A stretch of DNA of 52,767 bases from IMG/VR virus record IMGVR_UViG_3300009499_000013, positions 1-52,767 of that record. One strand, written 5' to 3'. This document shows positions 9,328 to 19,421 of this stretch, in pieces. The DNA comes from a virus. Its lineage: Duplodnaviria > Caudoviricetes. Within the stretch, counting starts at the first letter, position 1, and the number at the start of each line of letters is the position of its first letter. The notes beneath the pieces are model-generated. The model saw only the letters and a program-made list of their open reading frames with translations, was not told the DNA's origin and ran no database searches. The translations under genes were made by a program, and so were the position numbers.

Positions 9328-11007
9328 TCAAGGATTTTGATAATTTCTTTCTAGAGCAGCGACAAGTGAAATCGTATTAGACGTGCTTCTTGCAATCGTT
9401 CCTTCTGCTCTAACATACTGACCAGTGCTCAAACCGATTGCGATTGCAGTGATTGTTGCATCTGTCGCAGGTGTTCGACCTCCCTGCACGTTTCCATCAT
9501 AGTTAAACGTTCTAGTGATTGTTGATTGACCCAAAATGCTACCTGACATTCGTAGACCAGCGTTATCATTGACGATGACGGCGCCTGATGTTCCGAAATC
9601 GCTACCTGTTCCAGGAAGGTCTGAAAAATACACCCAATAGCTACCACTAGCGTCAGCAGTAAGATTTGAACCAAACTGTAACGATAGCGTTGCTACGAAC
9701 GGGAAACTTCTATCGGTACCACCGTTATCTCTAAATGTCAGTCTGTTCGTGTCAGAGCTATTAAACCCTTCAATGATTACGCCACCGTTTGAGCTACCAG
9801 TCAGCGGATTCGTAGGATTAAGCGTTCCGGCCTCTAGTGTGCTTCCGACGAATCTCAACAAAAGATCAGCAACTGACCCAGTAACGTATGTTCCACCCAA
9901 TGTACCCGTCTGTACATTGATGTTAGCATTCTGTCTAAGACTCCATTGTACCTTTTCGTATATCTCTTCTGCAGAGGGTGCTAATGGCACAGCACGTTGA
10001 ATTGTGTACGACTGACCAAATGATGTGCTTGGAAAGTTCGTTGTCGTTGTCAATCCAAACGGGCCAGGCGTTCCCAAAATAGAATATGTACCCTTATTAG
10101 ACCCAGTGTGGATTGTGAGCGTTCCAGTCGTGTATAGCGACGCTGATATGATTCCAAGCGATGACGAAAATATCGGAGTGCTTCCTGACGTAAAACCATC
10201 AGGACCAGAACATGTTCCTGCATCGATTACGATGCCGAATGACCTCTCACTGTTTGTTGTATCAACGTCTCTCTTATATGATGCGCTGAAGTACTTTATG
10301 TGAATGTTTTGATACGGCTGAGATGATGATATCGCAGTGTCAGCTGCAGTGATGTTAAGGTCAGTCGCAGTGCTAATGGGGAATCGATATGCAATCGAGT
10401 CCATCGACGAAACACCAATGTCGACGAGATTTGCATCATCGTATGTTTGTGCTTGTTCTCGAACGAATAACTTGAATACGTTTCGACGGTCGTAGTCAGA
10501 GCCCTCAGATGTTACTCCATCACCGTCATCGTCTCTAAAAACCTGTACTGCTTGATTAACCTGACCAGTTAATTGAATGTTCGACCCTAGAGTTCCTGTT
10601 GCTTGCTGAAAGTATAACTGGTCATTAGCCTCAATCGTGCCAAGTCCTATGATGCCTGACCATCTCTGTGTAACGTTTCCTAACGTATTTCTTACTGTCC
10701 ATCCACCCGTTCTAATAAGATAACGAGCAGTATCGTTGAACAGGTCCCATCCATCAACAAACTCAAAGCTTTCATCAGTGATGGGCACCATCGGAAAAGG
10801 AAAAGCAGCTAGGTTCTTCGAGTTTGGGTCACTCCGCCACTGTTCCTTTAAGAACGAATACAGACACTTAAGAGTGACGCCATCAGTCGATAAATCTCCG
10901 ACAACGACAAGCTTTATCGTTAGGGTAGATGTGTTGATATACACTTCTGTTGAGTTATCATTCGCTGCGCTGTCTTGAAGTAGGTCTGGGTCAGATATCA
11001 ACGTCAT
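9328..11007 (-). CDS. putative virion structural protein
   Basis: 559 aa, S/G/T-rich; C-terminus ERNYQNP; GGAG RBS and TATTTA upstream. Confidence 0.65.
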   Translation of the reverse strand: MTLISDPDLLQDSAANDNSTEVYINTSTLTIKLVVVGDLSTDGVTLKCLYSFLKEQWRSDPNSKNLAAFPFPMVPITDESFEFVDGWDLFNDTARYLIRTGGWTVRNTLGNVTQRWSGIIGLGTIEANDQLYFQQATGTLGSNIQLTGQVNQAVQVFRDDDGDGVTSEGSDYDRRNVFKLFVREQAQTYDDANLVDIGVSSMDSIAYRFPISTATDLNITAADTAISSSQPYQNIHIKYFSASYKRDVDTTNSERSFGIVIDAGTCSGPDGFTSGSTPIFSSSLGIISASLYTTGTLTIHTGSNKGTYSILGTPGPFGLTTTTNFPSTSFGQSYTIQRAVPLAPSAEEIYEKVQWSLRQNANINVQTGTLGGTYVTGSVADLLLRFVGSTLEAGTLNPTNPLTGSSNGGVIIEGFNSSDTNRLTFRDNGGTDRSFPFVATLSLQFGSNLTADASGSYWVYFSDLPGTGSDFGTSGAVIVNDNAGLRMSGSILGQSTITRTFNYDGNVQGGRTPATDATITAIAIGLSTGQYVRAEGTIARSTSNTISLVAALERNYQNP

Positions 11008-11046
11008 ATCGGGTTAATCACTCCACTGACTAAATAGGCATCGCAT

Positions 11047-14000
11047 CTAGCAACGACTCCACCCACACGAGCTACATGAAACACATCCTTCGCTATAGTG
11101 AAACTTTGTGCCACCACAGCTATCACACTTCTTGACGATGTCAGTCTCTGCACCATCAACGATGTAGCCCTTAAGAACACGTGATAGCACCTTAGCGAAT
11201 GAGAACATATCGCTATCACGGTCGCCCTTCTGCAATTGCTCAACCACCTGCTGTATCGGCGCTCCTTGGCGAAGAGCAAGCGATATCATCCGTGTCATCA
11301 CAGAGTGATTCGGATTATCAAACTGTTCAACGATGTCCTTGATTGTAATATCAGACCCATTGCATATGCGTAGGTCGTATGTCGCGGCCATCGTCTTTCT
11401 TTCGTTCTTGATGATTAGGCCTCTGTCATACTTCTTCGGTATCTCAACGAATCTTGATAAACCGCCGAATATCTCATATGGCTTTTCATCAATCATGCCA
11501 ACTAGTATCGTCCACGCCTCACCCTTGATGTTTGCATGATGAATCTCACATGGAAGCTCTTTCGGCCTTGTCGTCTTTGTCGTCGCTGCAACATCATTTG
11601 TTTTAGCGCTAACGAGAACACCAGCACGGCAACCATCTCGATACACAGTGAAACCCTTACAACCGGTCTTCCATGCACGCATATAGACCTGAGCGACGAC
11701 ATCACGCGTTGTGCTAGCGGGTAGGTTGCACGTCTTGCTGAGGCTATGTTCAATCCAGCGTTGAGCAACTGCTTGAACATCAACAGATGCAACCCAATCA
11801 ACGTCGTTCGACGTCGACATATGATACGGGCTGCTCTTAACATCAGTCAGGCCAGAAACATCTCGCCAATGCTTGAACCCAGGATGAAAAACATCGTACT
11901 CTTGCCACTTGTCGCCCATCGAATCTTCAAAATCAACACGGATACCGACATCATTCTGTGTGAGCTTACGACGACGCACATACTGCAACATGTATGCGGG
12001 TTCAATACCAGACGTCGTCCTAGTCATGAGAGACACAGAGCCAGCAGGAGCAGTCGTTGTGAGACAAATGTTGCGCCGGCCGTATTTCATGAATGCCGCT
12101 CGTGTCTCAGCGTCTGATGCATCTAACAGACGTGAAATGAATTGATGTTTGACCATTCTGCTGACATCACAGATGGGAAATGCACCACGCTCAACAGCTA
12201 GTTGCACAGAGCTCTTGTTGGCTGCGACAGCCAAAGAACGATACAGCTCCTCAATCATGAGGATGCTCTCCTTTGAACCGTATCTGATGTTTAGATATGC
12301 CAATGTATCACCGACACCCGTGAGGCCCAGGCCTGTTCTGCGACCCTTGACACATGCATCCCTAATCTTCTGCCATAGCGCTGTCTCGATTGCTTTGATA
12401 TCATCAGGTTCAGGGTCAGATTCAACCTTCTTGATTATCGCATCGATGTGCTCAATCTCAATGTCGATTAAGTCATCCATCAATCTCTGTGCCTTGACTG
12501 CATGCTCGTTGAACAGCTTCAAGTCGAATGTTGCATCTTCAGTGAATGCATTTCTCACATAAGAAAGAGCATTGACAACGAGCAATCTGCAACTATCATA
12601 AGGACTTAGAACAATTTCACCACAATTTTTTACACACAAACCAGACGCTTGAATGAACTTATCGTCTGGGCTTCCAGATGTAATAACATGATAGTTGTGA
12701 TTATCATCGACAGTAATATTGAACACATCCTCATAACCGAAAAATTCAACACTAACAACCTTGTGGTTATTGATAACCCTGTCTTTAAAAGCAGAAAATC
12801 GCTTGAAACGAAATTCATTAGCAACATGACAGGGTAAGCCATGTTGCTTAGCATAGTTTGTCCATATGCTAACTGTGAGTCGTCCATTTTCTGATAAGGC
12901 TTTTCTTCCGTGCTCTATCAATTCATCATTTGTGACGCCTAAATAACGCCCATTTTTCTCACCTGGATGACTAGCGAAGTTATGTTTTTGTTCAGCAGTC
13001 ATTCTGTGATATGGATTTGCGGCACCGCGCATGCAGTCAGCATGTAATGCTCTATGCTCTTCATGCGTCATTAACTGCAAATTACTGATATTATCATTGG
13101 TGCTATCAAAATCGATATGATGAATTGCGATGTTTTTGGCGTCAACATCTCCATGATAAAACTCATTGATTAATCGATATTGGCGACGATTTCGTTTAGC
13201 TCCTCCAGCCATATCAGCACCAGTATTTGCTACCTGTCGATACCCGTTTGAATTGAATGAATAAAACGGAAAAACACTCATGCCCGCCTTGAGCTTAGAC
13301 AGCTCAACATACTCTAGCGTCTTCAACATTACTTTATGGTCAGGAGTAGCTATCAATGAGCTTCCATCATCAAGAATCAACTTCCAAACCTCTTTCATTT
13401 CTCCAGTTTTTCTAGGATTTCGACCCATTTTTATTTCAACTCGACCCGTCGTAGGATTTGTAGAATAAACGGGAACATCCTGCCCAACATCAGCTAAACT
13501 TTTAATTGAAACAGCATTTCTACCGTCAGCAACAGCTATGAGTGTCTCACCGACGATGCAGGGATTCGTCGAAACAGAACCGAACCCTTCATCTGAAAAT
13601 ATGTCAGCCGGTGTTTCACGCTTGACAGTATCCCAGAACAGAACACCCGGTTCTGCTGCGCTCCATGCTGAGTCAATTATCTTATCCCATATCTGTCGTG
13701 CTTTAACGGTGCGTGTGTAAGTTGGTTCTATTGCGTCAACAGGCCATTGAAGTGTAAAATCGCTATCATCTTCAACGGCTTTCATAAATTCATCTGATAC
13801 ACGAAGAGAGATGTTTGCACCCGTGATTTTTGTTAAGTCTTTCTTGATGTCGATGAACGTCTCGACGTCAGGATGTCTGATGTCAAGAGTAAGCATCAGT
13901 GCGCCGCGGCGGCCACCCTGTGCAACCTCGCGACATGAGTTCGAAAATCTTTGCATGAAAACTGCTATGCCATCAGTTGTTCTAGACGCATTCGACGTGA

Positions 14001-14439
14001 TAAGACCAGCAGGCCTAATTGTTGAGATGTCGAAACCCACACCCCCGCGTCTCTTCATTATCTGAACCTGTTCTTGGTCAGTGTAAAGAATGCCGCCGTA
14101 TGAGTCATACGGCGACTTGATTACAAAACAATTCGACAGGCTTTGTATGCTATAGTCGTTTCCGATTCCAGACATCGGGCTACCCTGTGGAACGATGTAT
14201 CTAAAATCTCGGAGCAGTTCAAATATCTCATCCTCAGACATCGGGTTCGGATACTTCGCCTCAATCCTAGCAAACTCACGTGCCAAACGTCTGTGCATGT
14301 CATCGGGCGTCATCTCAAGTAGTTCATGATTTTCATCACGCAACGCATACTTTTTGATGAACACATCTGCGGCCATCTCATCACCGCCGAAGTACTCAAC
14401 TGATGCAGCTAATGCGTCTTTAAAGGAAACCATCGTCAT
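11047..14439 (-). CDS. nrdJ: class II (adenosylcobalamin-dependent) ribonucleotide reductase with intein
   Basis: SLSNCFV, RRGGVG, QGGRRGA, EPGVLF, NP[intein]CGE, RRTGLG, TTAPAGS, GIEP, SKTCNLP, KGFTVYRDG; C-terminal TSCPD-like domain and Zn ribbon. Confidence 0.93.
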   Translation of the reverse strand: MTMVSFKDALAASVEYFGGDEMAADVFIKKYALRDENHELLEMTPDDMHRRLAREFARIEAKYPNPMSEDEIFELLRDFRYIVPQGSPMSGIGNDYSIQSLSNCFVIKSPYDSYGGILYTDQEQVQIMKRRGGVGFDISTIRPAGLITSNASRTTDGIAVFMQRFSNSCREVAQGGRRGALMLTLDIRHPDVETFIDIKKDLTKITGANISLRVSDEFMKAVEDDSDFTLQWPVDAIEPTYTRTVKARQIWDKIIDSAWSAAEPGVLFWDTVKRETPADIFSDEGFGSVSTNPCIVGETLIAVADGRNAVSIKSLADVGQDVPVYSTNPTTGRVEIKMGRNPRKTGEMKEVWKLILDDGSSLIATPDHKVMLKTLEYVELSKLKAGMSVFPFYSFNSNGYRQVANTGADMAGGAKRNRRQYRLINEFYHGDVDAKNIAIHHIDFDSTNDNISNLQLMTHEEHRALHADCMRGAANPYHRMTAEQKHNFASHPGEKNGRYLGVTNDELIEHGRKALSENGRLTVSIWTNYAKQHGLPCHVANEFRFKRFSAFKDRVINNHKVVSVEFFGYEDVFNITVDDNHNYHVITSGSPDDKFIQASGLCVKNCGEIVLSPYDSCRLLVVNALSYVRNAFTEDATFDLKLFNEHAVKAQRLMDDLIDIEIEHIDAIIKKVESDPEPDDIKAIETALWQKIRDACVKGRRTGLGLTGVGDTLAYLNIRYGSKESILMIEELYRSLAVAANKSSVQLAVERGAFPICDVSRMVKHQFISRLLDASDAETRAAFMKYGRRNICLTTTAPAGSVSLMTRTTSGIEPAYMLQYVRRRKLTQNDVGIRVDFEDSMGDKWQEYDVFHPGFKHWRDVSGLTDVKSSPYHMSTSNDVDWVASVDVQAVAQRWIEHSLSKTCNLPASTTRDVVAQVYMRAWKTGCKGFTVYRDGCRAGVLVSAKTNDVAATTKTTRPKELPCEIHHANIKGEAWTILVGMIDEKPYEIFGGLSRFVEIPKKYDRGLIIKNERKTMAATYDLRICNGSDITIKDIVEQFDNPNHSVMTRMISLALRQGAPIQQVVEQLQKGDRDSDMFSFAKVLSRVLKGYIVDGAETDIVKKCDSCGGTKFHYSEGCVSCSSCGWSRC
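12625..13560 (-). mobile_element. 312-aa intein with HNH endonuclease in the RNR active site
   Basis: starts CIVGETLI after STNP; block B ATPDHKV; HHIDFDSTNDNISNLQL HNH motif; DVFNITVDDNHNY; ends VKN|CGEI. Confidence 0.92.
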
Positions 14440-15695
14440 TCATCCTCACCAGAGCTTGAACCATTGGCTACCTTGTTGATGCTTCTTAAAGACACCATCC
14501 TGTCTGCTGAGACCTGCTCCCATTTGTCTTTAAGGAGCTGTTTCATTCCTGTGTCTGCACTCATTTGGAAATCCTCTAAATCAACGTTCGCGTCAAGCAC
14601 TTCAATGATTGAGCGTGATGTGTCTATCTTACCAGGAAAAATGATGCCGTCCTTACCGAGTCTGCTTTTTGGAATGAAAATGTTGCAGAGACCCTTCGCC
14701 TTCTGTATCGGTTTCCTAGATAATGAGATGATGAAATCACAAATCATCGCCTTACCATAGCTTTCTGATATCTTGTCTAGGCCGACGACATCAGTGTCAG
14801 AACCATCGCGATTCACCTGACTCGCTGTCCAGATTGGAACATTGAGCTCCATTGCAAGTGTGCGCAGCTCTTCATAAACCAGCTTAAGCTCATGTCGAAG
14901 AGAATCAAACTGCCTAGATGACCTCATGATGTCAGCGTAGTCAATGATGATTACGTCAGGCCTAAATGACTTTGTGATTGCGAGCTTTTCGATGTGCGCC
15001 TTCAGCATCATGATTGTAGCCGTGCTGGTTGGATACTCCTTAATGATTAAACGACCCCAGTTAGACTTGTTCGATTCATAATGCGTTCTGATGAACTCTT
15101 TTTCATCAGGCACATCAGTCGCACTCACATTTGAGAGGTTTGAGTCATATCGGATACCGACCTTCTTCTCAGAAAGCTCGAACGTATAATGAAGAACATT
15201 TCGACCAGACTTCACAGCATTCGCTCCCAACTGAACGAGAAAATGTGAATTATGAGAAAGAATGTCATTCGTGTAAAAGCAATGAGTATCAGCAACTTGT
15301 AAATCAAATAGGGACTCATTTTCAATAACTGTCTCATTCGATTCAACAACAACTGCCGTATAGCCACCCCTAACAACTATTAAATCACCTTTAATAACAT
15401 TTTGTGCATACTTCCATCCGACAGTTGTTAAAACATTATGTTTAAATGCACACTCAAGCGACATTGCACCAAGCATTTCATGCATAACAGTAAGTCGCCA
15501 TATTGGAAGATGCTCTGTTTTTCTGAAACCCTCAACTTGCTTAAAACAATCATTTTTCGTAGAAGCATCATACGATAAAATTTGTATATCGAAATTTGCT
15601 GACACTTCAATGTTTTCACCAGAAATCTTAAGCTCATCAAAGAGCGCACTCAAACTAACATCACGTTCAACAATATTACGGCTGATTGATAGCAT
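14436..15695 (-). CDS. replicative helicase C-terminal half, fused to C-intein
   Basis: likely ATG at 15695 with GAGG RBS; after ILSHN come SHFLVQ, HYTFELSE, IIDYADIM, WTASQVNR, KSRLG (DnaB/gp41 motifs). Confidence 0.9.
   Translation of the reverse strand: MLSISRNIVERDVSLSALFDELKISGENIEVSANFDIQILSYDASTKNDCFKQVEGFRKTEHLPIWRLTVMHEMLGAMSLECAFKHNVLTTVGWKYAQNVIKGDLIVVRGGYTAVVVESNETVIENESLFDLQVADTHCFYTNDILSHNSHFLVQLGANAVKSGRNVLHYTFELSEKKVGIRYDSNLSNVSATDVPDEKEFIRTHYESNKSNWGRLIIKEYPTSTATIMMLKAHIEKLAITKSFRPDVIIIDYADIMRSSRQFDSLRHELKLVYEELRTLAMELNVPIWTASQVNRDGSDTDVVGLDKISESYGKAMICDFIISLSRKPIQKAKGLCNIFIPKSRLGKDGIIFPGKIDTSRSIIEVLDANVDLEDFQMSADTGMKQLLKDKWEQVSADRMVSLRSINKVANGSSSGEDE
15249..15695 (-). mobile_element. 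split intein C-fragment (149 aa)
   Basis: block B-like CAFKHNVLTTVGWK, block F LFDLQVADTHCFYTN, terminal SHN|S. Confidence 0.9.
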
Positions 15696-16824
15696 TTTTA
15701 ACCTCAAAAATAACTTCTGACCGACGATAACACCAATCTTTACCACGCACAACGATAACGTTATAGCCAGCATCAGTTAATGCTTTTAGTTTTAAGTTGT
15801 CATGTTCCCACATCTGTTTAGCGGTTAATTTTGTGCGTGGATGAACCCATGTAGGAGAAAATGCGTCTGCATGTGGATGCCAAAATTCTCCCATATATTC
15901 GACGATAACACGTTTAACGGGAAAAACAATATCACAGTTATATGTTAAAACTCTTATATTTGTTTCAATAAGCTCATCACAAAATTGTTCTTTTAAAACG
16001 TTTTGAAGCTCAATTTCACCAGATGAACGATTATAAAATGCTTTAGGCATATTTGCAGCAATCTGTTCTTTAACGTCAGCTGTGTGATGTTTCCCAAACA
16101 TCGGATGCTTTTCATTCGTGCGTCCGTAACATGGCGTTAGTTTAACTGCTTCATCAATAGAAATACCAGCTCTTGTTGCAATTGATACTAATGACATCGG
16201 ATTTTTATCACCCAACATCGCTTCAGAGCGTGCATTAAGAGTTTCAGGTTTATTGTTTTGACAAAGACTAGCTTTAATTTGAAACTCTTTAACACACTCT
16301 TTTGCTTCGTCAAATGAAAACCCTTTTCTTACCCAATGTTTTATTTCTGACGGAAACGAGCGCCAATCAAGAAAGGCAGCTCGTACAGTCGGGTCTTTAA
16401 ATTTTTCTTTAGCATTTTTTGAAGCTTTTTCTCTATCTTCTGTTGCTGTTCTTTGAATAATGCAGTTAGGATATTTTAGCTTATACTCTTTGCCTGTAAT
16501 GTTATGTCTTCTATTAATGTGAGACACAATAGATGAAGCAGTCTCAAATCCACAAATTTTACATACGATTTTATCAGTCCAACAGCGATTTTCTTTAGCT
16601 TCTTTTGCAGCAATGTTTTTTCTATAAACAGAATTATAGTCTCGTCTGTCATCACTCATCTTTTGCTTAACAGCATCAGAAAATCGAAATACAACTTTCG
16701 CTGGATATAAAAGTTTATACTCAGCAATCGTTATGTTGTGTCGCTTAATGATATGTGTTATTAAATTGCTGTCTGCTTCAAATCCACAGATAGCACATGA
16801 TAACGTATCAGACCAGCTCATCAT
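15676..16824 (-). CDS. free-standing homing endonuclease (C2H2 fingers, NUMOD3-like motif, Vsr/EDxHD-like nuclease)
   Basis: CAICGF...THIIKRH and CKICGF...SHINRRH; HPMFGKHHT; SSGEIEL...CDIV...IVEYMGEFWH...DNLK; AT-rich. Confidence 0.85.
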   Translation of the reverse strand: MMSWSDTLSCAICGFEADSNLITHIIKRHNITIAEYKLLYPAKVVFRFSDAVKQKMSDDRRDYNSVYRKNIAAKEAKENRCWTDKIVCKICGFETASSIVSHINRRHNITGKEYKLKYPNCIIQRTATEDREKASKNAKEKFKDPTVRAAFLDWRSFPSEIKHWVRKGFSFDEAKECVKEFQIKASLCQNNKPETLNARSEAMLGDKNPMSLVSIATRAGISIDEAVKLTPCYGRTNEKHPMFGKHHTADVKEQIAANMPKAFYNRSSGEIELQNVLKEQFCDELIETNIRVLTYNCDIVFPVKRVIVEYMGEFWHPHADAFSPTWVHPRTKLTAKQMWEHDNLKLKALTDAGYNVIVVRGKDWCYRRSEVIFEVKNAINQP

Positions 16825-17608
16825 CTTCTCGAATATCACTCACAATGATATTTCCTCGTTTTGTCATAACAAACTGCCAAGGATAATATGCTTTTCCATT
16901 AATCAAAACTTGTTCATGTTTAATATGAACAATTGAATTACCACGAGCGCATTTGCCGACGCCAGTGCCGGCCAAGATGCAACCCAGTTCTCCACCACCC
17001 AAGCCACCATTCATCACATCACGTGTGTCAAGATGTGCTAGACCGGTTGCGACAGTCGTTCTGTTCTCTTTAACGAAGCGTGCCTCTGCGTCCTCAAAAA
17101 AATCGTGGCCAGCAGTGTTGGGTGTGCCGACAGTGATTGCTGACTTGATTCGACCGACAATCTCTTCATAACGCTCATTCTTCGTCAAATCGACTGCTTC
17201 TTCAAGAGCATGCTTAAGCGCTTGGTTCTTACAAAAATTTAAAGACCTATCCTTCACCCACGGGAGGTCATTGATGTTTGGATTGCTCTTAAGCCCACCA
17301 AGGAATGAAACGACCTGAGCACACATCACCTCATCGTTTCCCTCACTGAGCTGGTCGCGTGCCATCGTGGCAAGAAGCGTGATTGAAGGAAACGTTTTAT
17401 ACGTCTGATAATGTCTCTGATAGATGTCAAACAGGTATCGAAGGTGTGCAACCTCGAAATACTCAAGCTTAAGAACCTCCATCATCTGCTGCGACCAGGC
17501 ATGGTCTGACAAGAGCGCCTGAATCACTCGTTCTTGGAAAGGACGACCGAACGACTTAAAAGAAACATCACCTTCATCAGCTGACATCAATGACCTCGAA
17601 AAAAACAA
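16808..17608 (-). CDS. replicative helicase N-terminal half, fused to N-intein
   Basis: TGLAHLD...GGLGGGELGCILAGTGVGK (Walker A, cut before the Ser) then CARGNSIV...; start may be the ATG at 17587. Confidence 0.9.
   Translation of the reverse strand: MFFSRSLMSADEGDVSFKSFGRPFQERVIQALLSDHAWSQQMMEVLKLEYFEVAHLRYLFDIYQRHYQTYKTFPSITLLATMARDQLSEGNDEVMCAQVVSFLGGLKSNPNINDLPWVKDRSLNFCKNQALKHALEEAVDLTKNERYEEIVGRIKSAITVGTPNTAGHDFFEDAEARFVKENRTTVATGLAHLDTRDVMNGGLGGGELGCILAGTGVGKCARGNSIVHIKHEQVLINGKAYYPWQFVMTKRGNIIVSDIREDDELV
16811..16951 (-). mobile_element. split intein N-fragment (47 aa)
   Basis: GK|CARGNSIVHIK block A at the classic P-loop insertion site; stop codon follows. Confidence 0.85.
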
Positions 17609-17617
17609 AAAACGCGT

Positions 17618-18559
17618 TTATATCTTAGAGAATGCGAAAAAGAAATCCAAAGCATCAAACGTGCCCAATCCTTCATCGATGAGCACTCTCATCAACTGAA
17701 TCTGGTTTCTAACAGGTTTAAATGATTGGATTATTGAATCGATTCTCATGATTTGAACAGCCGCAAGATTGGCTGTGTCAAGATACATAACCCTGAAGTT
17801 TCGAGAAAGCAACTCTTCGTTTTGAGCGATTGAGCTGAATATCTTTGGGCCATCTTCACACTTCTCTTTCGCCATCTTAACAAGCTCAGGAACAGAGATT
17901 GGTTCATCACCCGTAAGGTCGAAGCGCTTTGCAAGGCCTTTAAAGCCAACGCCCTTAACACCCGGGACGTTATCACTAACATCACCGCACACAGCCTTCG
18001 CAAGCACAAAGTTCGATGGTGAAATGTTAAACTGTGCCTTCACTTCATCTGGTCCGATGAATTTCTTCGATGCCCATGAATACACCATCGTGTTTCTATC
18101 CAAGAGTTGATAAAAATCCCTATCAGATGATGCGATGATTTTCTTCTCATCCCTGAATGTGTTGCGGCTGAGGTAACCGATGACGTCATCAGCCTCACAG
18201 TTCTCAACAAACAGCTGACAGACGGGCACATGCTTAAGCACCTCTGTCAAGAACAGCTGTTGATGGGCACGGTTCTCTTTTGAATCAGGAATATCGTCTT
18301 CGTAGTATCGATTGAGCTTTGGAGGTTTTCTACCCTCCTTGTATCCTGGAAAGATAGCCCTACGACGAGGAGAACCACCACTCTCCCAAATGATGTATAC
18401 TGCTCGTGGATTCGTAAGCGTCGTAAGATAAGCTAACGAGCCGAGAAACCCAACGATACCACCCGCCTGATGCCCATGTGATGACATCGCAGGATGTCTA
18501 ATGTAATGACGTGCAAAGCAGTTAAGAGCATCGATGAAAAGAATCGGTCGAGCATCCAT
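17618..18559 (-). CDS. 5'-3' exonuclease / flap endonuclease (T4 RNase H or PolI N-terminal type)
   Basis: FIDALN, YKEGR, EADDVIG, SSDRDFYQL, GDVSDNVPGVKGVG. Confidence 0.92.
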   Translation of the reverse strand: MDARPILFIDALNCFARHYIRHPAMSSHGHQAGGIVGFLGSLAYLTTLTNPRAVYIIWESGGSPRRRAIFPGYKEGRKPPKLNRYYEDDIPDSKENRAHQQLFLTEVLKHVPVCQLFVENCEADDVIGYLSRNTFRDEKKIIASSDRDFYQLLDRNTMVYSWASKKFIGPDEVKAQFNISPSNFVLAKAVCGDVSDNVPGVKGVGFKGLAKRFDLTGDEPISVPELVKMAKEKCEDGPKIFSSIAQNEELLSRNFRVMYLDTANLAAVQIMRIDSIIQSFKPVRNQIQLMRVLIDEGLGTFDALDFFFAFSKI

Positions 18560-18598
18560 GTATCCATTATCATCAATCTACGTGAATGTGTTCAAACA

Positions 18599-18865
18599 TC
18601 ATTCATTGACGGCGGGCCTGATGTAGCATCCGGAGCCATCATTTTTACAGATAAGGTTTATGAACATTGGAATATATCCAACCTTTGTGCTAACAGTGCA
18701 ATGTGATATCGGCCCAGGGTAGTCATTGACACAACTGCGCCGGCTAGCATCGATGCCCATCTCGCTCAGCCAAATGTCGACAGACTTTTCAGGAATAGAC
18801 TTATATTTCATATCACATCCGAAAAGTAAAACAAATGCAGCTAGATGAATAATCTTAGAAGTCAT
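18599..18865 (-). CDS. small putative lipoprotein
   Basis: signal peptide with lipobox-like LLFGC; Cys-rich. Confidence 0.6.
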   Translation of the reverse strand: MTSKIIHLAAFVLLFGCDMKYKSIPEKSVDIWLSEMGIDASRRSCVNDYPGPISHCTVSTKVGYIPMFINLICKNDGSGCYIRPAVNE

Positions 18866-19014
18866 GATAACACCCTATCTGTGTCTGTGAATGTTTGAAG
18901 TCCATGAGCCGCAGCTATATCATTTGAGCGTTTGATATCATCAACAAGCCTCTTCTTATAGTCAAATAGATGCTTTTTACGCTCATCAGCGGTCATCCGT
19001 GATAAAATTTTATA
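18862..19014 (-). pseudogene. orphaned 3' part of the gene starting at 20017, separated by inversion
   Basis: YKILSRMTADERKK...DRVLS* is in frame with TAT at 20302-20304 once 19012-20304 is reversed; ATGA overlap with 18865. Confidence 0.65.
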
Positions 19015-19223
19015 ATCTAGATAAGAGACTCTACGACGACTTTATAAAGAACCTCGGGCACAGCCTCTGGTATGACGTTAGTACTAACATCGGCAACAAT
19101 CTTGCGATTAGTCTTAGGGACAGCTTCTGGGTGCATCGAGATCAGAGCATCATGGATGATATTAGTGACAATCTCCGAAACGTCAGAAACATTCATGATT
19201 CTGAAGTGACCAACAATGCGTGA
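18999..19223 (+). CDS. small paralog-array protein (original start lost at inversion junction)
   Basis: YNLDKRLYDDF...GHSLW...RDSFW; ends NNA* overlapping the next ATG. Confidence 0.6.
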   Translation: MIKFYNLDKRLYDDFIKNLGHSLWYDVSTNIGNNLAISLRDSFWVHRDQSIMDDISDNLRNVRNIHDSEVTNNA

Positions 19224-19421
19224 CTTGAACGAGAAACTCGAGAACAGCTCTGGGACAGTCTTGAGCACAGCCTCATGGACAGCCTCAGGGACAGCCTTGG
19301 GAATAGCCTCGGATTCAGTCTTGGGTGCAACCTCAGTGACAGCCTCAAGAACAGTCTTGGAAACAACCTTACACAAACCACACAGAACGAACAGAGCGTT
19401 GAGGAGACCAACGATGCGTGA
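19216..19421 (+). pseudogene. paralog-array unit with 1-nt deletion near 19248
   Basis: the alternative frame gives WDSLEHSLMDSLRDSLGNSL...QNEQSVEETNDA*, matching the next unit. Confidence 0.7.

Noticed and set aside
15696-15773. N-terminal extension of the helicase C-gene in the ORF track
   Set aside because: It lies inside the endonuclease gene; the GAGG RBS supports ATG 15695
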